64,000 nt of DNA from Candidatus Sumerlaeota bacterium (GTDB lineage Bacteria; Sumerlaeota; Sumerlaeia; JADFCW01), in the NCBI GenBank assembly GCA_017161705.1, contig JADFCW010000001.1, positions 4,521 to 68,520 on the forward strand. The letters are read 5' to 3'. The first letter of the stretch is position 1; every line of letters starts with the position of its first letter. Both the position numbers and the translations under genes were made by a program. Positions 39,547-49,612 of the stretch are shown piece after piece. The notes under the pieces were generated by a model. The model did no database searches, was not told the DNA's origin, and worked only from the letters and a program-made list of their open reading frames with translations.

Positions 39547-39580
39547 TTTGACAAAGGCGAAGGATCAGCAAATAGTGTCC
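39547..39580 (+). promoter_or_regulatory. Candidate sigma-70 promoter for the PFOR gene
   Basis: TTGACA, a 17-nt spacer, then AATAGT, preceded by an AT-rich tract (tgatttttatttg). It lies ~310 nt upstream of the PFOR ATG. Confidence 0.3.
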
Positions 39581-39890
39581 TACGGTGTTGCGCGCGAATC
39601 CAAGAGAGAATTATTGCGCGCAGCAGTTTTTCTCGCCCAAGGCGGCAGCGCGAAGCCGCCGTCAAGCCGCAACGCCAGCAGGCTGGACAAGGCGTACTCC
39701 GCAGCACAAATTCGGGCGCAGGGTGCGAGCGTGATTGTCTTGTCCCCGGCCGTCAAGCAATGGACGAGGGAGGGAATCCGGTTTCCGATCTGCCGGCGGA
39801 GATCAGATTAGGAAACCGGGACGAAATAAGATGGGGCGCGAGGTTTTTCCGTCCCAATACACCCGGAGCAATGGACGTGGAGGTCCAACG

Positions 39891-42800
39891 ATGAATCAAC
39901 AAAATGTACAAATGGTTACAATTGACGGCAACGAAGCAGCTGCTTATGTTGCCCACAAGGTCAGCGAGGTCTGCGCGATTTACCCGATTACGCCCTCGTC
40001 GAACATGGGCGAATGGGCCGATCAGTGGTCCTCGGAAGGCAAAACGAACATATGGGGAACGGTCCCGCTGGTTGTCGAGATGCAAAGCGAGGGCGGGGCG
40101 TCGGGAGCGATTCATGGCGCGGCTCAGACCGGGGCGTTGACGGCGACGTTTACCGCCGCCCAGGGTCTCTTGCTTATGATCCCCAACATGTATAAGATCG
40201 CCGGCGAGCTGACGCCGACCGTTTTCCATGTTTCGGCGCGCACGGTGGCCACGCATGCGCTTTCGATTTTCGGCGACCACAGCGACGTCATGGCCGTGCG
40301 CCAGACGGGCTTTGCGCTTTTGGCCGCCAGCTCCGTCCAGGAAGTCATGGACATGGCGATGATTGCCCACGCGGCGACGCTGCAATCGCGGGTGCCATTT
40401 CTGCATTTCTTCGACGGATTCCGCTCGTCGCACGAGGTGAACAAAATTGTCCAGCTCAGCGATGACCAGATTCGGGCAATGATTGACGAGGAGTTGGTGC
40501 GGGCTCATCGGGCGCGGGCGCTGTCGCCCGAGAACCCTGTTTTGCGGGGGTCGGCCCAGAACCCGGACGTCTTTTTCCAGTGCCGCGAAACGTGCAATCC
40601 TTTTTACAAGGCCTGTCCGGGCATTGTCCAGGAAGTCATGGACAAGTTCGCCCGCGTGACCGGCCGGCAGTATCATCTGTTTGATTACCTCGGCGCTCCC
40701 GACGCCGAGCGGGTGATTGTGCTCATGGGCAGCGGCGCCGAAACGTCGCATGAGACCGTCGAGTATCTGAACCAGCAGGGCGAGAAGGTGGGCGTTGTCA
40801 AAGTTCGCCTGTATCGGCCGTTTGCCTCCGAGGCGTTTGTCAAAGCGCTCCCGCCGACGGTCAAGGCCATTGCCGTGCTCGATCGTACTAAAGAGCCCGG
40901 CTCGGAAGGCGAGCCGTTGTATAAAGACTGCGTGACAGCGATTGCCGAGGCGGTCTCTGCCGGCACCGCCCCGTTTGCGGCCATGCCGAAGATCATCGGC
41001 GGGCGCTACGGTTTGTCGTCCAAAGAATTTACCCCCGCGATGATCAAAGCAGTGTTCGATGAATTGAAAAAAAGCACGCCGAAAAACCGCTTTACCGTCG
41101 GCATCAAGGATGATGTCACTCACACCAGTCTCGACTATGATCCATCATTCAGCATCGAGGCCAGCGATGTTTTTCGCGGTCTGTTCTACGGCCTCGGCGC
41201 AGACGGCACGGTCGGTGCCAACAAGAACTCAATCAAGATTATCGGCGAAGAAACCGACATGTATGCCCAGGGCTACTTTGTCTATGATTCGAGAAAGGCC
41301 GGAACGGTTACCATCTCGCATCTGCGCTTCGGGCCGCGCCCCATCCGCTCGATCTACCTGGTGACCCAGGCCAATTTTGTCGCCTGCCACCAGTTTGTTT
41401 TTCTCGAGCGCTACGACATGCTCCAGTATGCGTTGCCGGGAGGAGTGTTCCTGCTCAACGCGCCGTTCGAGGCCCACGAGGTATGGGACAAACTCCCGCG
41501 CAAAGTGCAGCAGCAGATCATTGACAAAAAACTGAAGTTCTATGCCATCAACGCCTACAAAGTGGCGCGAGAGACCGGCATGGGCGAACGCATCAACACC
41601 ATCATGCAGACCTGCTTCTTCGCTATCTCCGGCGTCCTGCCGCGCGACGAGGCCATTGCGGCAATCAAAAACGCCATCAAGAAGACCTACGGCGGCAAGG
41701 GGGAAGAGGTGGTGAAAAAGAACTTCCAGGCCGTGGATCAAACGCTTGCCAATCTCCATGAAATCCCCGTTCCCGACAGGGCCACAAGCACGATCGAGTT
41801 GCCGGCGTCGGTCGTTTCGCCCAAAGCCCCCGAATTCGTTCAGAAGGTTACGGCGACGATCATCGCCGGCCGCGGCGACGAACTGCCCGTCAGCGCCTTC
41901 CCGGTGGACGGCACTTTCCCGACCGGCACGACGCAGTGGGAAAAACGCAGCATCGCTCTGGAAATCCCCGTCTGGGAGCCCGACCTCTGCATCCAGTGCG
42001 GCAAGTGCTCGATTGTCTGTCCCCATGCGGCGATCCGGATGAAAATCTACGATCCGAAGTATCTACAAGGCGCGCCGCCCACGTTCAAGTCCACCGACGC
42101 CAAAGGCAAAGAGTTCGCGGGCATGAAATGCACCGTTCAGAACGCCCCCGAAGACTGCACCGGCTGCGGCGCGTGTGTCTTTGCCTGTCCGGCTACCGAC
42201 AAGCAGAATCCTAAGCGCAAGGCGATCAATCTCGCGCCCCAGATTCCGCTGAGGGCTTCCGAGCGCGAAAACTACGAGTTCTTTCTCAACATCCCCGACT
42301 TCGACCGCACCAAGGTCAAGGTCAACACGGTCAAAGGCTCGCAGCTGCTGGTGCCGTTGTTTGAGTATAGCGGCGCGTGCAGCGGCTGCGGAGAAACCCC
42401 TTACGTTAAACTGCTGACTCAGTTGTTTGGCGATCGCGCCCTTATTGCCAACGCCACCGGCTGCTCCTCGATCTACGGCGGCAACCTCCCGACAACCCCA
42501 TATGCGAAGAACCGGGACGGGCGCGGGCCGGCCTGGAGCAACTCGCTCTTCGAGGACAACGCCGAATTCGGCTATGGTTTCCGCCTCACGCTCGACAAAC
42601 AGCGCGAATATGCCGCCGACCTGATGAAGAAAATGGCCGAGCAGATCGGCCCCAACCTCGTCGAGGAGATTCTCAAGGCCGACCAGTCGAGCGAGACAGG
42701 AATTGCCGCGCAGCGGGAGCGAGTGAGTGCGCTGGTCAAAAAACTCCAGAGCATCAACTCTGCCGACGCCAAAAACCTTATTAGCGTGTCCGACGCCTTG

Positions 42801-43493
42801 ATCAAGAAAAGCGTCTGGATCGTCGGCGGCGACGGCTGGGCTTACGACATCGGCTACGGCGGTCTCGACCACGTGCTGGCATCGGGTCGCGATGTCAACA
42901 TGCTGGTGCTCGACACCGAAGTCTATTCCAACACCGGCGGCCAGATGTCCAAAGCGACCCCGCGCGGCGCCGTCGCCCGCTTTGCCGCCGGCGGCAAGCC
43001 CCAGGCGAAAAAAGACCTCGGCCTTCTGGCCATGACCTATCGCAGCATCTATGTGGCGGCGGTCTCCATGGGCGCCAATGACGGGCAAACCGTCCGCGCT
43101 TTTGTCGAAGCCGAGGCCTACAACGGCCCATCGCTGATCATTGCCTATTGCCACTGCATTGCGCACGGCATCACGATGCGCGAAGGCATGGAAACCGGCA
43201 AACAGGCCGTCGAATCCGGCCACTTCCCGCTCTATCGTTTCAACCCCGACCTGATCGCGCAGGGCAAGAACCCGCTGCAGCTGGATTCGAAGGCGCCGAA
43301 GATTTCTTACGAGCAATACGCCTACAACCAGACGCGGTTCAAGATGCTGACGCGCAGCAAACCCGTCGAGGCCAAACGGCTGCTCGAGCTGGCACAGGAC
43401 GACGCGATCTCGCGCTGGCACCTCTACGAGGCGCTGTCGAAGATCGAGGTGAAGCCGTCGGTGGCAGCCGAAACCGCCGCGGCGTCGGCATAA
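39891..43493 (+). CDS. nifJ: Pyruvate:ferredoxin (flavodoxin) oxidoreductase, single-polypeptide PFOR
   Basis: GGAGG ribosome-binding site. Domain I (MVTIDGNEAAAYVAH...), two 4Fe-4S ferredoxin motifs (CIQCGKCSIVCP, CTGCGACVFACP), TPP-binding domain GDGW. ~1200 aa. Confidence 0.95.
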   Translation: MNQQNVQMVTIDGNEAAAYVAHKVSEVCAIYPITPSSNMGEWADQWSSEGKTNIWGTVPLVVEMQSEGGASGAIHGAAQTGALTATFTAAQGLLLMIPNMYKIAGELTPTVFHVSARTVATHALSIFGDHSDVMAVRQTGFALLAASSVQEVMDMAMIAHAATLQSRVPFLHFFDGFRSSHEVNKIVQLSDDQIRAMIDEELVRAHRARALSPENPVLRGSAQNPDVFFQCRETCNPFYKACPGIVQEVMDKFARVTGRQYHLFDYLGAPDAERVIVLMGSGAETSHETVEYLNQQGEKVGVVKVRLYRPFASEAFVKALPPTVKAIAVLDRTKEPGSEGEPLYKDCVTAIAEAVSAGTAPFAAMPKIIGGRYGLSSKEFTPAMIKAVFDELKKSTPKNRFTVGIKDDVTHTSLDYDPSFSIEASDVFRGLFYGLGADGTVGANKNSIKIIGEETDMYAQGYFVYDSRKAGTVTISHLRFGPRPIRSIYLVTQANFVACHQFVFLERYDMLQYALPGGVFLLNAPFEAHEVWDKLPRKVQQQIIDKKLKFYAINAYKVARETGMGERINTIMQTCFFAISGVLPRDEAIAAIKNAIKKTYGGKGEEVVKKNFQAVDQTLANLHEIPVPDRATSTIELPASVVSPKAPEFVQKVTATIIAGRGDELPVSAFPVDGTFPTGTTQWEKRSIALEIPVWEPDLCIQCGKCSIVCPHAAIRMKIYDPKYLQGAPPTFKSTDAKGKEFAGMKCTVQNAPEDCTGCGACVFACPATDKQNPKRKAINLAPQIPLRASERENYEFFLNIPDFDRTKVKVNTVKGSQLLVPLFEYSGACSGCGETPYVKLLTQLFGDRALIANATGCSSIYGGNLPTTPYAKNRDGRGPAWSNSLFEDNAEFGYGFRLTLDKQREYAADLMKKMAEQIGPNLVEEILKADQSSETGIAAQRERVSALVKKLQSINSADAKNLISVSDALIKKSVWIVGGDGWAYDIGYGGLDHVLASGRDVNMLVLDTEVYSNTGGQMSKATPRGAVARFAAGGKPQAKKDLGLLAMTYRSIYVAAVSMGANDGQTVRAFVEAEAYNGPSLIIAYCHCIAHGITMREGMETGKQAVESGHFPLYRFNPDLIAQGKNPLQLDSKAPKISYEQYAYNQTRFKMLTRSKPVEAKRLLELAQDDAISRWHLYEALSKIEVKPSVAAETAAASA

Positions 43494-43608
43494 GAAAGCC
43501 GCAGCCCGGACGCTCGGCGGAAGAGAAACTCTGTTGGAGAAAGAGTAAGACAACCGGAAAAACGCTTTACCGACGAGCGGGTGCGCATTTCACCAGATCC
43601 ATGAAACG

Positions 43609-43644
43609 AGAGGCGCGGATCTCTTCCTCCGCGCCTCTTTTTTT
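43609..43644 (+). terminator. Rho-independent terminator downstream of PFOR
   Basis: Stem GAGGCGCGGA/TCCGCGCCTC with an 8-nt loop, followed by TTTTTTT. Confidence 0.6.
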
Positions 43645-43903
43645 AGATAAAATTATGCACAAAGGACTCCCACAAACCTTCCGGCATTTAGCCGCTTTTG
43701 CCCCAAAAACCTTGCACCTTGCCAGGGGTATAAAGAAGACAAGAGCTCAAGCGAAAGGCGAAATCAGAGAGTTGTAGCAGAGTCTTCTTGCTCACGCCTT
43801 TATGGTAAGAATGCCGAATCATAGTGCATCTTGATGGGCGAAGTGTCCCTGCCACATGGAATTATTGGTTTTTTGCGCTCTCTTGCCGGAAGAGGTGAAT
43901 GAA

Positions 43904-45319
43904 TTACTCCTTCTTTGCTGCTCCTTCCTTGCCCTTTGCTTTCTTATTCGCTTGCGGGCTCTGGAAACGTGGTGGGATAAGTTGGGCGTTCCAGCGGTCG
44001 AAGGCCTGGCGGAGTCGTGCGGCATCGGCGGGTCGTTTGGCGGCGAGATCGGTTTGTTCGCCGATGTCGGCGTCGAGGTCGTAGAGTTCGGGTGCGGCCG
44101 ACTCGGCTGGTTTGACCAGTTTCAGGCGGCCTTCGCGCACGGCCCATGCGGTGCCACCGCCCATGCGCCAGAACAATCGTTCGTGCGGCGGGCCGGAGCG
44201 CTCGCCTGTCAGATAGGGTAACAGATTGACGCCGTCTATGGGGCGGTCGGCGGGCAGCGGAGCACCGCCGACGGCCGCAGCGGTCGGCAGGATGTCGAGC
44301 GACGAGATGGGATGCACGAAAACCGAGCCGGCGGGTATCCAGCCGCGCCACTGGGCGGCGAAGGCCACGCGGATGCCGCCTTCATAGACCGAGCTTTTAC
44401 CGGCGCGCAGCGGGTCGTTGCGCGAGCCGTTGCTGGCAATGGTGAGGGGCCCGCCGTTGTCGCTGAGGAAGAAGATCAGCGTGTCGTTTTCGAGACCGAC
44501 GTCTCGCAGGGTGGAAAGGAGCAGACCGACGCCATCGTCCACGGCGCTGAGCATCGCCGCATAGTTCTGGCGCTTCGGGTCGGCGATGTGGCGAAAGCGG
44601 TCGGCGTATTTGTCAATGACCTGCTGGGGCGTGTGGGGCGCGTTGTAGGCGAGGTAGAGGAAGAAAGGATCGTTGCGGTGGCGGCGGACAAAGGCGGCGG
44701 CTTCGCGCGAAAGAGCATCGGTGAGGTAGTCGGTCAGGGGCGTGGGCTGGCCGTCTTTTTCGATGGGGATCAGATACTCGCGCGTTTCGCCCGGCTCTCC
44801 TGCCTTGAGATAGTCGTGGCCGCCGCCGATGAAGCCGAACTGCTCGTCGAAGCCGCGCCGCAGCGGGTGGTGAGCGGGCGTTGCGCCGAGGTGCCACTTG
44901 CCGACGATGCCCGAGACGTAGCCGGCGGGTTTGAGAACTTGCGGCAGCGTGATTTCGTCGAGCGGCAGACCGGCTGTCGGGTCGTTGGGCAAATAAGCGG
45001 GATTGTTTTCATGGCCGAACCGTTGCTGGTATCGGCCCGTCAGCAGGCCGGCGCGCGTGGGGCTGCAAAAGGGATGGGAGACATAGCCGCACTGGAAGCG
45101 GACGCCGTTGGCGGCGATCGAGTCAATGTGGGGCATGGGGATGTCCTTGCAGCCGTTCCAGCGGACGTCGGCGAAGCCGTGGTCATCGGTGAGAATGACG
45201 ATGATGTTGGGATTTCGCGTGGGGGCAGCGGCGGCCGAGGCGGCCGCGGGAAGGACAGCGGCGGCCGATGCAGCAGCAGCGCGATGGAGAAACTGGCGGC
45301 GGTTGGCTTTACAAGACAT
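43904..45319 (-). CDS. Arylsulfatase, Cys-type, with TAT signal
   Basis: RRQFLHRAAAASAAAV twin-arginine signal. Formylglycine motif CSPTRAGLLTGR. Sulfatase metal-site motifs (ILTDDHG, GKWHLG). Confidence 0.9.
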   Translation of the reverse strand: MSCKANRRQFLHRAAAASAAAVLPAAASAAAAPTRNPNIIVILTDDHGFADVRWNGCKDIPMPHIDSIAANGVRFQCGYVSHPFCSPTRAGLLTGRYQQRFGHENNPAYLPNDPTAGLPLDEITLPQVLKPAGYVSGIVGKWHLGATPAHHPLRRGFDEQFGFIGGGHDYLKAGEPGETREYLIPIEKDGQPTPLTDYLTDALSREAAAFVRRHRNDPFFLYLAYNAPHTPQQVIDKYADRFRHIADPKRQNYAAMLSAVDDGVGLLLSTLRDVGLENDTLIFFLSDNGGPLTIASNGSRNDPLRAGKSSVYEGGIRVAFAAQWRGWIPAGSVFVHPISSLDILPTAAAVGGAPLPADRPIDGVNLLPYLTGERSGPPHERLFWRMGGGTAWAVREGRLKLVKPAESAAPELYDLDADIGEQTDLAAKRPADAARLRQAFDRWNAQLIPPRFQSPQANKKAKGKEGAAKKE

Positions 45320-45713
45320 GGCAGGGCTCCCTGGGGGTGGAAAGAGTGGCGAAGTGCACAAGCGTTTTGGCGCACGAGACGCCGCCGCGCGCAGCACCTC
45401 GTTCTTTGTCCTGAGCTAAAACACAACGCTCTTGCGCGAAGAGGTGCAAGCAAAAACAAGATGCGCTCTATGCGAGGGTGCAAGCGCGATTTTCATTTTC
45501 ATTGATATTTGAATGCGGAATTTTGATGTGGGCTCGCCATCCTATGGCGATCCCCAACGACGCGCCGGGCCCCTATCACGCGGCGCGTAGGGCGGAGCCT
45601 TTGCACGGGGAGAGGGCGAGGCTTACGGTCCTGGGCTGCAAATTTGCTTGCTTGCAAGGCTGCTTTGGCGTATGCCTTTTTTCGAGATGAGCGACCGGGC
45701 GGAAAAAGACGGA

Positions 45714-46844
45714 ATGACCTTCGGACGGGCGTTTTGGCGCACCGCGCGCTATCATGCGGCCGACGCGCTGGGCTTTCGTGTGCGGCCGCGCAAGTTGCGC
45801 ATCGCAGTCACCAAGCGGTGCAATTCGCGTTGCGCGATGTGCAGCGCATGGCAAACGCCGCCGTCGGAGGAGCCCGAGATCGCCCCTGTGGAGATTTCCA
45901 CGATCGCGCGCTCCAACCGCTGGTATCTGCGGCGGGTTACCCACGTCAGCCTGACAGGCGGCGAGCCGACGCTGCGGCGCGATCTGACTGAACTGGTCCG
46001 CGCTGTCTGCGATTCATTCCCTCGCGCAACGATCAATATCAACAGCAACGGTTTCCAGATGCTGCCGCTTCTCTCGGTGATCAACGAAACTCTGGCGTAC
46101 CAGCGCCGGCGGCTTCAAATCATGTTGTCGCTCGACGGTTTGGGCGAGGTGCACAATCGCGTGCGGGGCGTGCCAGGCGCGTTCTCGTTAGTGCTACGCA
46201 CGATCAACCGCCTGTTGGCGTTGCGCGAAGCGGGGCAGAAGATTTCGATTGAGGTCAACTTTGTTCTGACCAATCAGAATGCCGATCAGATGCTGCCGGT
46301 GTTTCATTTTTGCCGCGAGCGCGACATCGAATTCAATCCGATCTACCCCGTGCACGGCGAGTTGTATGCCAACGAAATCATGGATATTGGGCTGGAGCGC
46401 GAGGCGGTGCAAAAATTCCTCGAAGCCGTTGCGGAGATTCGGAAGAGCGATCGGTCGCTGGCGCTGCGCGAACTCGAACACCAGTTGCGCGGCTATCCGC
46501 GCGATTTCGACTGCTGGGCCGGCCGCACGCAATTTCTCATCGAGGCCGACTGCCGTGTGTATCCCAACGGCGGCTGCCCGCCGGCATTTTGCCTCGGCTC
46601 GCTGCGTGAATGCAACTATAGCTTCCGCGCGCTTCTGCGCTCGCAACAGGCGCGACAGGTGCTTTGCGGCCTGCGCCAATGCCGCCTTTGCCGCATCCCA
46701 TGCGAGACCATGACCACGCTGCACGGGCCCGAGGCTCTGGCCGGCTATTGCAAGATGTGCACGCCGGCAATTGCCCCGCCGCCGCCAGGGCTGGGACTGT
46801 CGGCCGCTCTCCAACCGCGGCCGCCGCGCCAACGCGCCCGGTAG
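45714..46844 (+). CDS. Radical SAM enzyme with C-terminal Cys-rich SPASM/twitch-like domain, possibly an anaerobic sulfatase-maturating enzyme
   Basis: CNSRCAMC (CX3CX2C), LTGGEPTL, INSNG and LSLDG motifs, plus 11 C-terminal Cys including CX4CX2CX3C. The start is ambiguous (candidates at 45648, 45672, 45687, 45714). Confidence 0.7.
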   Translation: MTFGRAFWRTARYHAADALGFRVRPRKLRIAVTKRCNSRCAMCSAWQTPPSEEPEIAPVEISTIARSNRWYLRRVTHVSLTGGEPTLRRDLTELVRAVCDSFPRATININSNGFQMLPLLSVINETLAYQRRRLQIMLSLDGLGEVHNRVRGVPGAFSLVLRTINRLLALREAGQKISIEVNFVLTNQNADQMLPVFHFCRERDIEFNPIYPVHGELYANEIMDIGLEREAVQKFLEAVAEIRKSDRSLALRELEHQLRGYPRDFDCWAGRTQFLIEADCRVYPNGGCPPAFCLGSLRECNYSFRALLRSQQARQVLCGLRQCRLCRIPCETMTTLHGPEALAGYCKMCTPAIAPPPPGLGLSAALQPRPPRQRAR

Positions 46845-46967
46845 TTTTGAACTATCGGCTTCAAGCCCAAACCGCATTTGTCTCCCACTTTTCGCTTGAC
46901 CCTTGCCGTCCAAGTCAACGAGCTAGCGCGTGCGTGGAAAGTCGGATCGGAAAGGAGCACAACGACC

Positions 46968-48500
46968 ATGTCTTACCTGCTGGGCATTGATATTGGCACT
47001 TCGGGCACCAAGACCTTATTGATTGACGAAAACGGCAAAACGCGGGCGAGCAAGACCGTCGAGTATCCGCTGCTGACGCCGCATCCGGGCTGGGCCGAAC
47101 AGCGCCCGGAGGATTGGTGGCGCGCGACGTGCGAAGGCATTGCGGCGGTGCTGAGAAAAAGCCGCGTGAAGCCGGACGAGATCAAAGGCGTCGGCCTCAG
47201 CGGCCAGATGCACGGGTCGGTTTTTCTTGACGAAAAAGGCAAGGTTATCCGGCCGGCGATTCTATGGTGCGATGGCCGCACGGCCGCCGAGTGCGACGAG
47301 ATTATGGCCGCGGTCGGCCCGCAGCGCATGCACGAGCTGGTAAGCAACCCCGCACTGGCCGGATTCACCGCGCCCAAGGTGGTGTGGCTGCGCAATCACG
47401 AGCCGGAAAAATTCGCCAAAGTTCGCCAGGTGCTTTTGCCGAAGGACTATATTCGCTATCGGCTGACGGGCGAATATGCGGCGGAAGTTTCGGACGCCGC
47501 CGGCACTGTGATGTTCGACGTGAAGAACCGGCGATGGAGCGACGAGGTGCTGGAGGCGCTGCGCATTCCGCGCGAGTGGCTGCCGAAGGTCTATGAGTCG
47601 TACGAGGTTTGCGGTCATGTGACAGCGGCAGCGGCGCGGGCGACAGGTCTGGCCCAAGGAACGCCGTGCGTCGGCGGCGGGGCGGACAACACGTGCGGCG
47701 CGGTCGGCAGCGGCATTGTCGTCGAGGGCCGTGTGATGACCAGCCTCGGCACATCGGGCGTCGTTTTCGCACCGACCGACACGCCGCAGGTGGATCCGCA
47801 GGAGCGGCTGCACACGTTTTGCCACAGTACACGCCGGCAGTGGTATCTGATGGGCTGCATGTTGTCGGCAGGCATGTCGCTGCAATGGTATCGCAACCAG
47901 TTGGCAGAGGTCGAGCGGGCGGCGGCGAAAAAGAGAAAAGCCGACGTGTACGATTTGCTGATGAAACAGGCCGCCGAGACGCCGCCGGGCGCCGAGGGCC
48001 TTTTTTTCCTGCCCTATCTGATGGGCGAGCGGTCGCCGCACAAAGACCCGTTTGCGCGCGGGGCGTTCATCGGCTTGTCGTTTCGCCACACCAAGGGACA
48101 TCTTATTCGCGCGATTGTCGAGGGCGTGACCTTTGCGCTGCGCGATTCGCTAGAGATCATGAAGGGACTGGGTGCGAAAATGGAACAGGTGCGCCTGATT
48201 GCCGGCGGGGCGAAAAGCCCCTTCTGGCGCCAGGTTGTGGCGGACATTTTCGGACTGCAGATCGCCATTCCCGCCAACACCGAGGGGCCGGCGATGGGTG
48301 CGGCGATTCTGGCCGGCATCGGCACGGGGGTGTTCGGCGATTTTCTCGAAACCACCGAACGCATTCTTCCGGTTGCGTCGTATGTGGACCCCGACGCTAG
48401 GCGCCACGAGCAATACAACGAAATCTATTCGCACTTCGTCGGGCTATATCCTGCGCTGAAAGGGCACTTCGGAGAGATGGGGAAAGTGCTGAAGCTGTAG
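46968..48500 (+). CDS. xylB: Xylulokinase
   Basis: AAAGGAG ribosome-binding site. FGGY N- and C-domains (LLGIDIGTSGTK, GLSGQMHG, IRLIAGGAKS). Confidence 0.9.
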   Translation: MSYLLGIDIGTSGTKTLLIDENGKTRASKTVEYPLLTPHPGWAEQRPEDWWRATCEGIAAVLRKSRVKPDEIKGVGLSGQMHGSVFLDEKGKVIRPAILWCDGRTAAECDEIMAAVGPQRMHELVSNPALAGFTAPKVVWLRNHEPEKFAKVRQVLLPKDYIRYRLTGEYAAEVSDAAGTVMFDVKNRRWSDEVLEALRIPREWLPKVYESYEVCGHVTAAAARATGLAQGTPCVGGGADNTCGAVGSGIVVEGRVMTSLGTSGVVFAPTDTPQVDPQERLHTFCHSTRRQWYLMGCMLSAGMSLQWYRNQLAEVERAAAKKRKADVYDLLMKQAAETPPGAEGLFFLPYLMGERSPHKDPFARGAFIGLSFRHTKGHLIRAIVEGVTFALRDSLEIMKGLGAKMEQVRLIAGGAKSPFWRQVVADIFGLQIAIPANTEGPAMGAAILAGIGTGVFGDFLETTERILPVASYVDPDARRHEQYNEIYSHFVGLYPALKGHFGEMGKVLKL

Positions 48501-48503
48501 AGA

Positions 48504-49568
48504 ATGAATCACCCTCCTGAAATCTGCTACCTCCGTGCGATGCAGGAGATTATCCAGCGCACGGTGACGGAAAGCCTTCGCGCCAGCGGAGCGACCGCGC
48601 GCGCCCAGGTGGCCAAAGACGCGGGCGGCGACATTATCTACGCCATGGACGCCGACGTCGAAAAAGAGCTGGTAAGCTTCTGTAAAATGTGGGGCGCCCA
48701 TCAGCGCTTCATCCTTATCGCCGAAGGCGTCGGCGAAACCGGCCGCGCGGCATTCCCGCCCGACACCACGCCCGATAACGCCGAGTTCTATCTCCTCGTG
48801 GACCCGATAGACGGCACCCGCCCGCTGATGTATGACAAACGCAGTGCATGGTCGCTGGCGGCAATCGTCCCCACTCCGGACGCAAGAAGCAAGAGGTTAG
48901 ACGCCGGAGGAGAGGGAAGAAAAGACCACGAAAGGAAAGCGTGTCCCACTTTGCGCGATGCGAGTGTCGCGTGCATGACTGAGCTGCCGACGTCCAAACA
49001 ACTTTACGCCGACTGCTTGTTCACTTTGCGCGGCGAACGGCCGCGACTCGTGCGCCGGCGCCTGGACACCGGCGCGGAGGTCGAGCATCCTTATTCGCCC
49101 AGCCGCGCCGACACCATCGAGCACGGCTTCGCCATGCTCACCAATTTCTTCCCTGGCGGAAAAGAAATGGTCTCGGCCATCGAGGAAGAACTCGTACGCG
49201 AGCTGGGCGGTTTGCGCAGCGGCCGCGCGATTGTTTTCACCGATCAATATCTTTCGACCGCCGGCCAGTGGTACGAGCTGATCGTCGGCCACGATCGTTT
49301 TAACGGCGATCTGCGCGGGCGGATGATCGAGCGGGGCATTCCGGCCGGCGCGGTTCCTGCTCTTGCTGCTCATCCTTACGACTGCTGTGTTGAACTGCTT
49401 GCGCGCGAGGCCGGCGTCATCATCACGGATCTCGAAGGCCGTCCTTTTGACGCTCCGCTCGACACGGAGTCGCCCGTCTCATGGCTGGCGTATGCCAACG
49501 AGGCGCTGCGGCAAAAGATCGAGCCTGTTCTGCAGCGTCTGCTGCGAAAGCACGGGCTGATTTCTTGA
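48504..49568 (+). CDS. Inositol monophosphatase/FBPase-like family protein
   Basis: IMPase metal-binding motif LLVDPIDGT, within a divergent, long (354 aa) protein. Confidence 0.7.
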   Translation: MNHPPEICYLRAMQEIIQRTVTESLRASGATARAQVAKDAGGDIIYAMDADVEKELVSFCKMWGAHQRFILIAEGVGETGRAAFPPDTTPDNAEFYLLVDPIDGTRPLMYDKRSAWSLAAIVPTPDARSKRLDAGGEGRKDHERKACPTLRDASVACMTELPTSKQLYADCLFTLRGERPRLVRRRLDTGAEVEHPYSPSRADTIEHGFAMLTNFFPGGKEMVSAIEEELVRELGGLRSGRAIVFTDQYLSTAGQWYELIVGHDRFNGDLRGRMIERGIPAGAVPALAAHPYDCCVELLAREAGVIITDLEGRPFDAPLDTESPVSWLAYANEALRQKIEPVLQRLLRKHGLIS

Positions 49569-49612
49569 GCCGAACCAACAGGGTTTCGACCAATTCCACC
49601 ATAAAAACAAAT

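Noticed and set aside
39753-43553. 456-aa and 496-aa minus-strand ORFs inside the PFOR gene
   Set aside because: Antisense to a ~1200-aa PFOR with ferredoxin and TPP motifs. Spurious.
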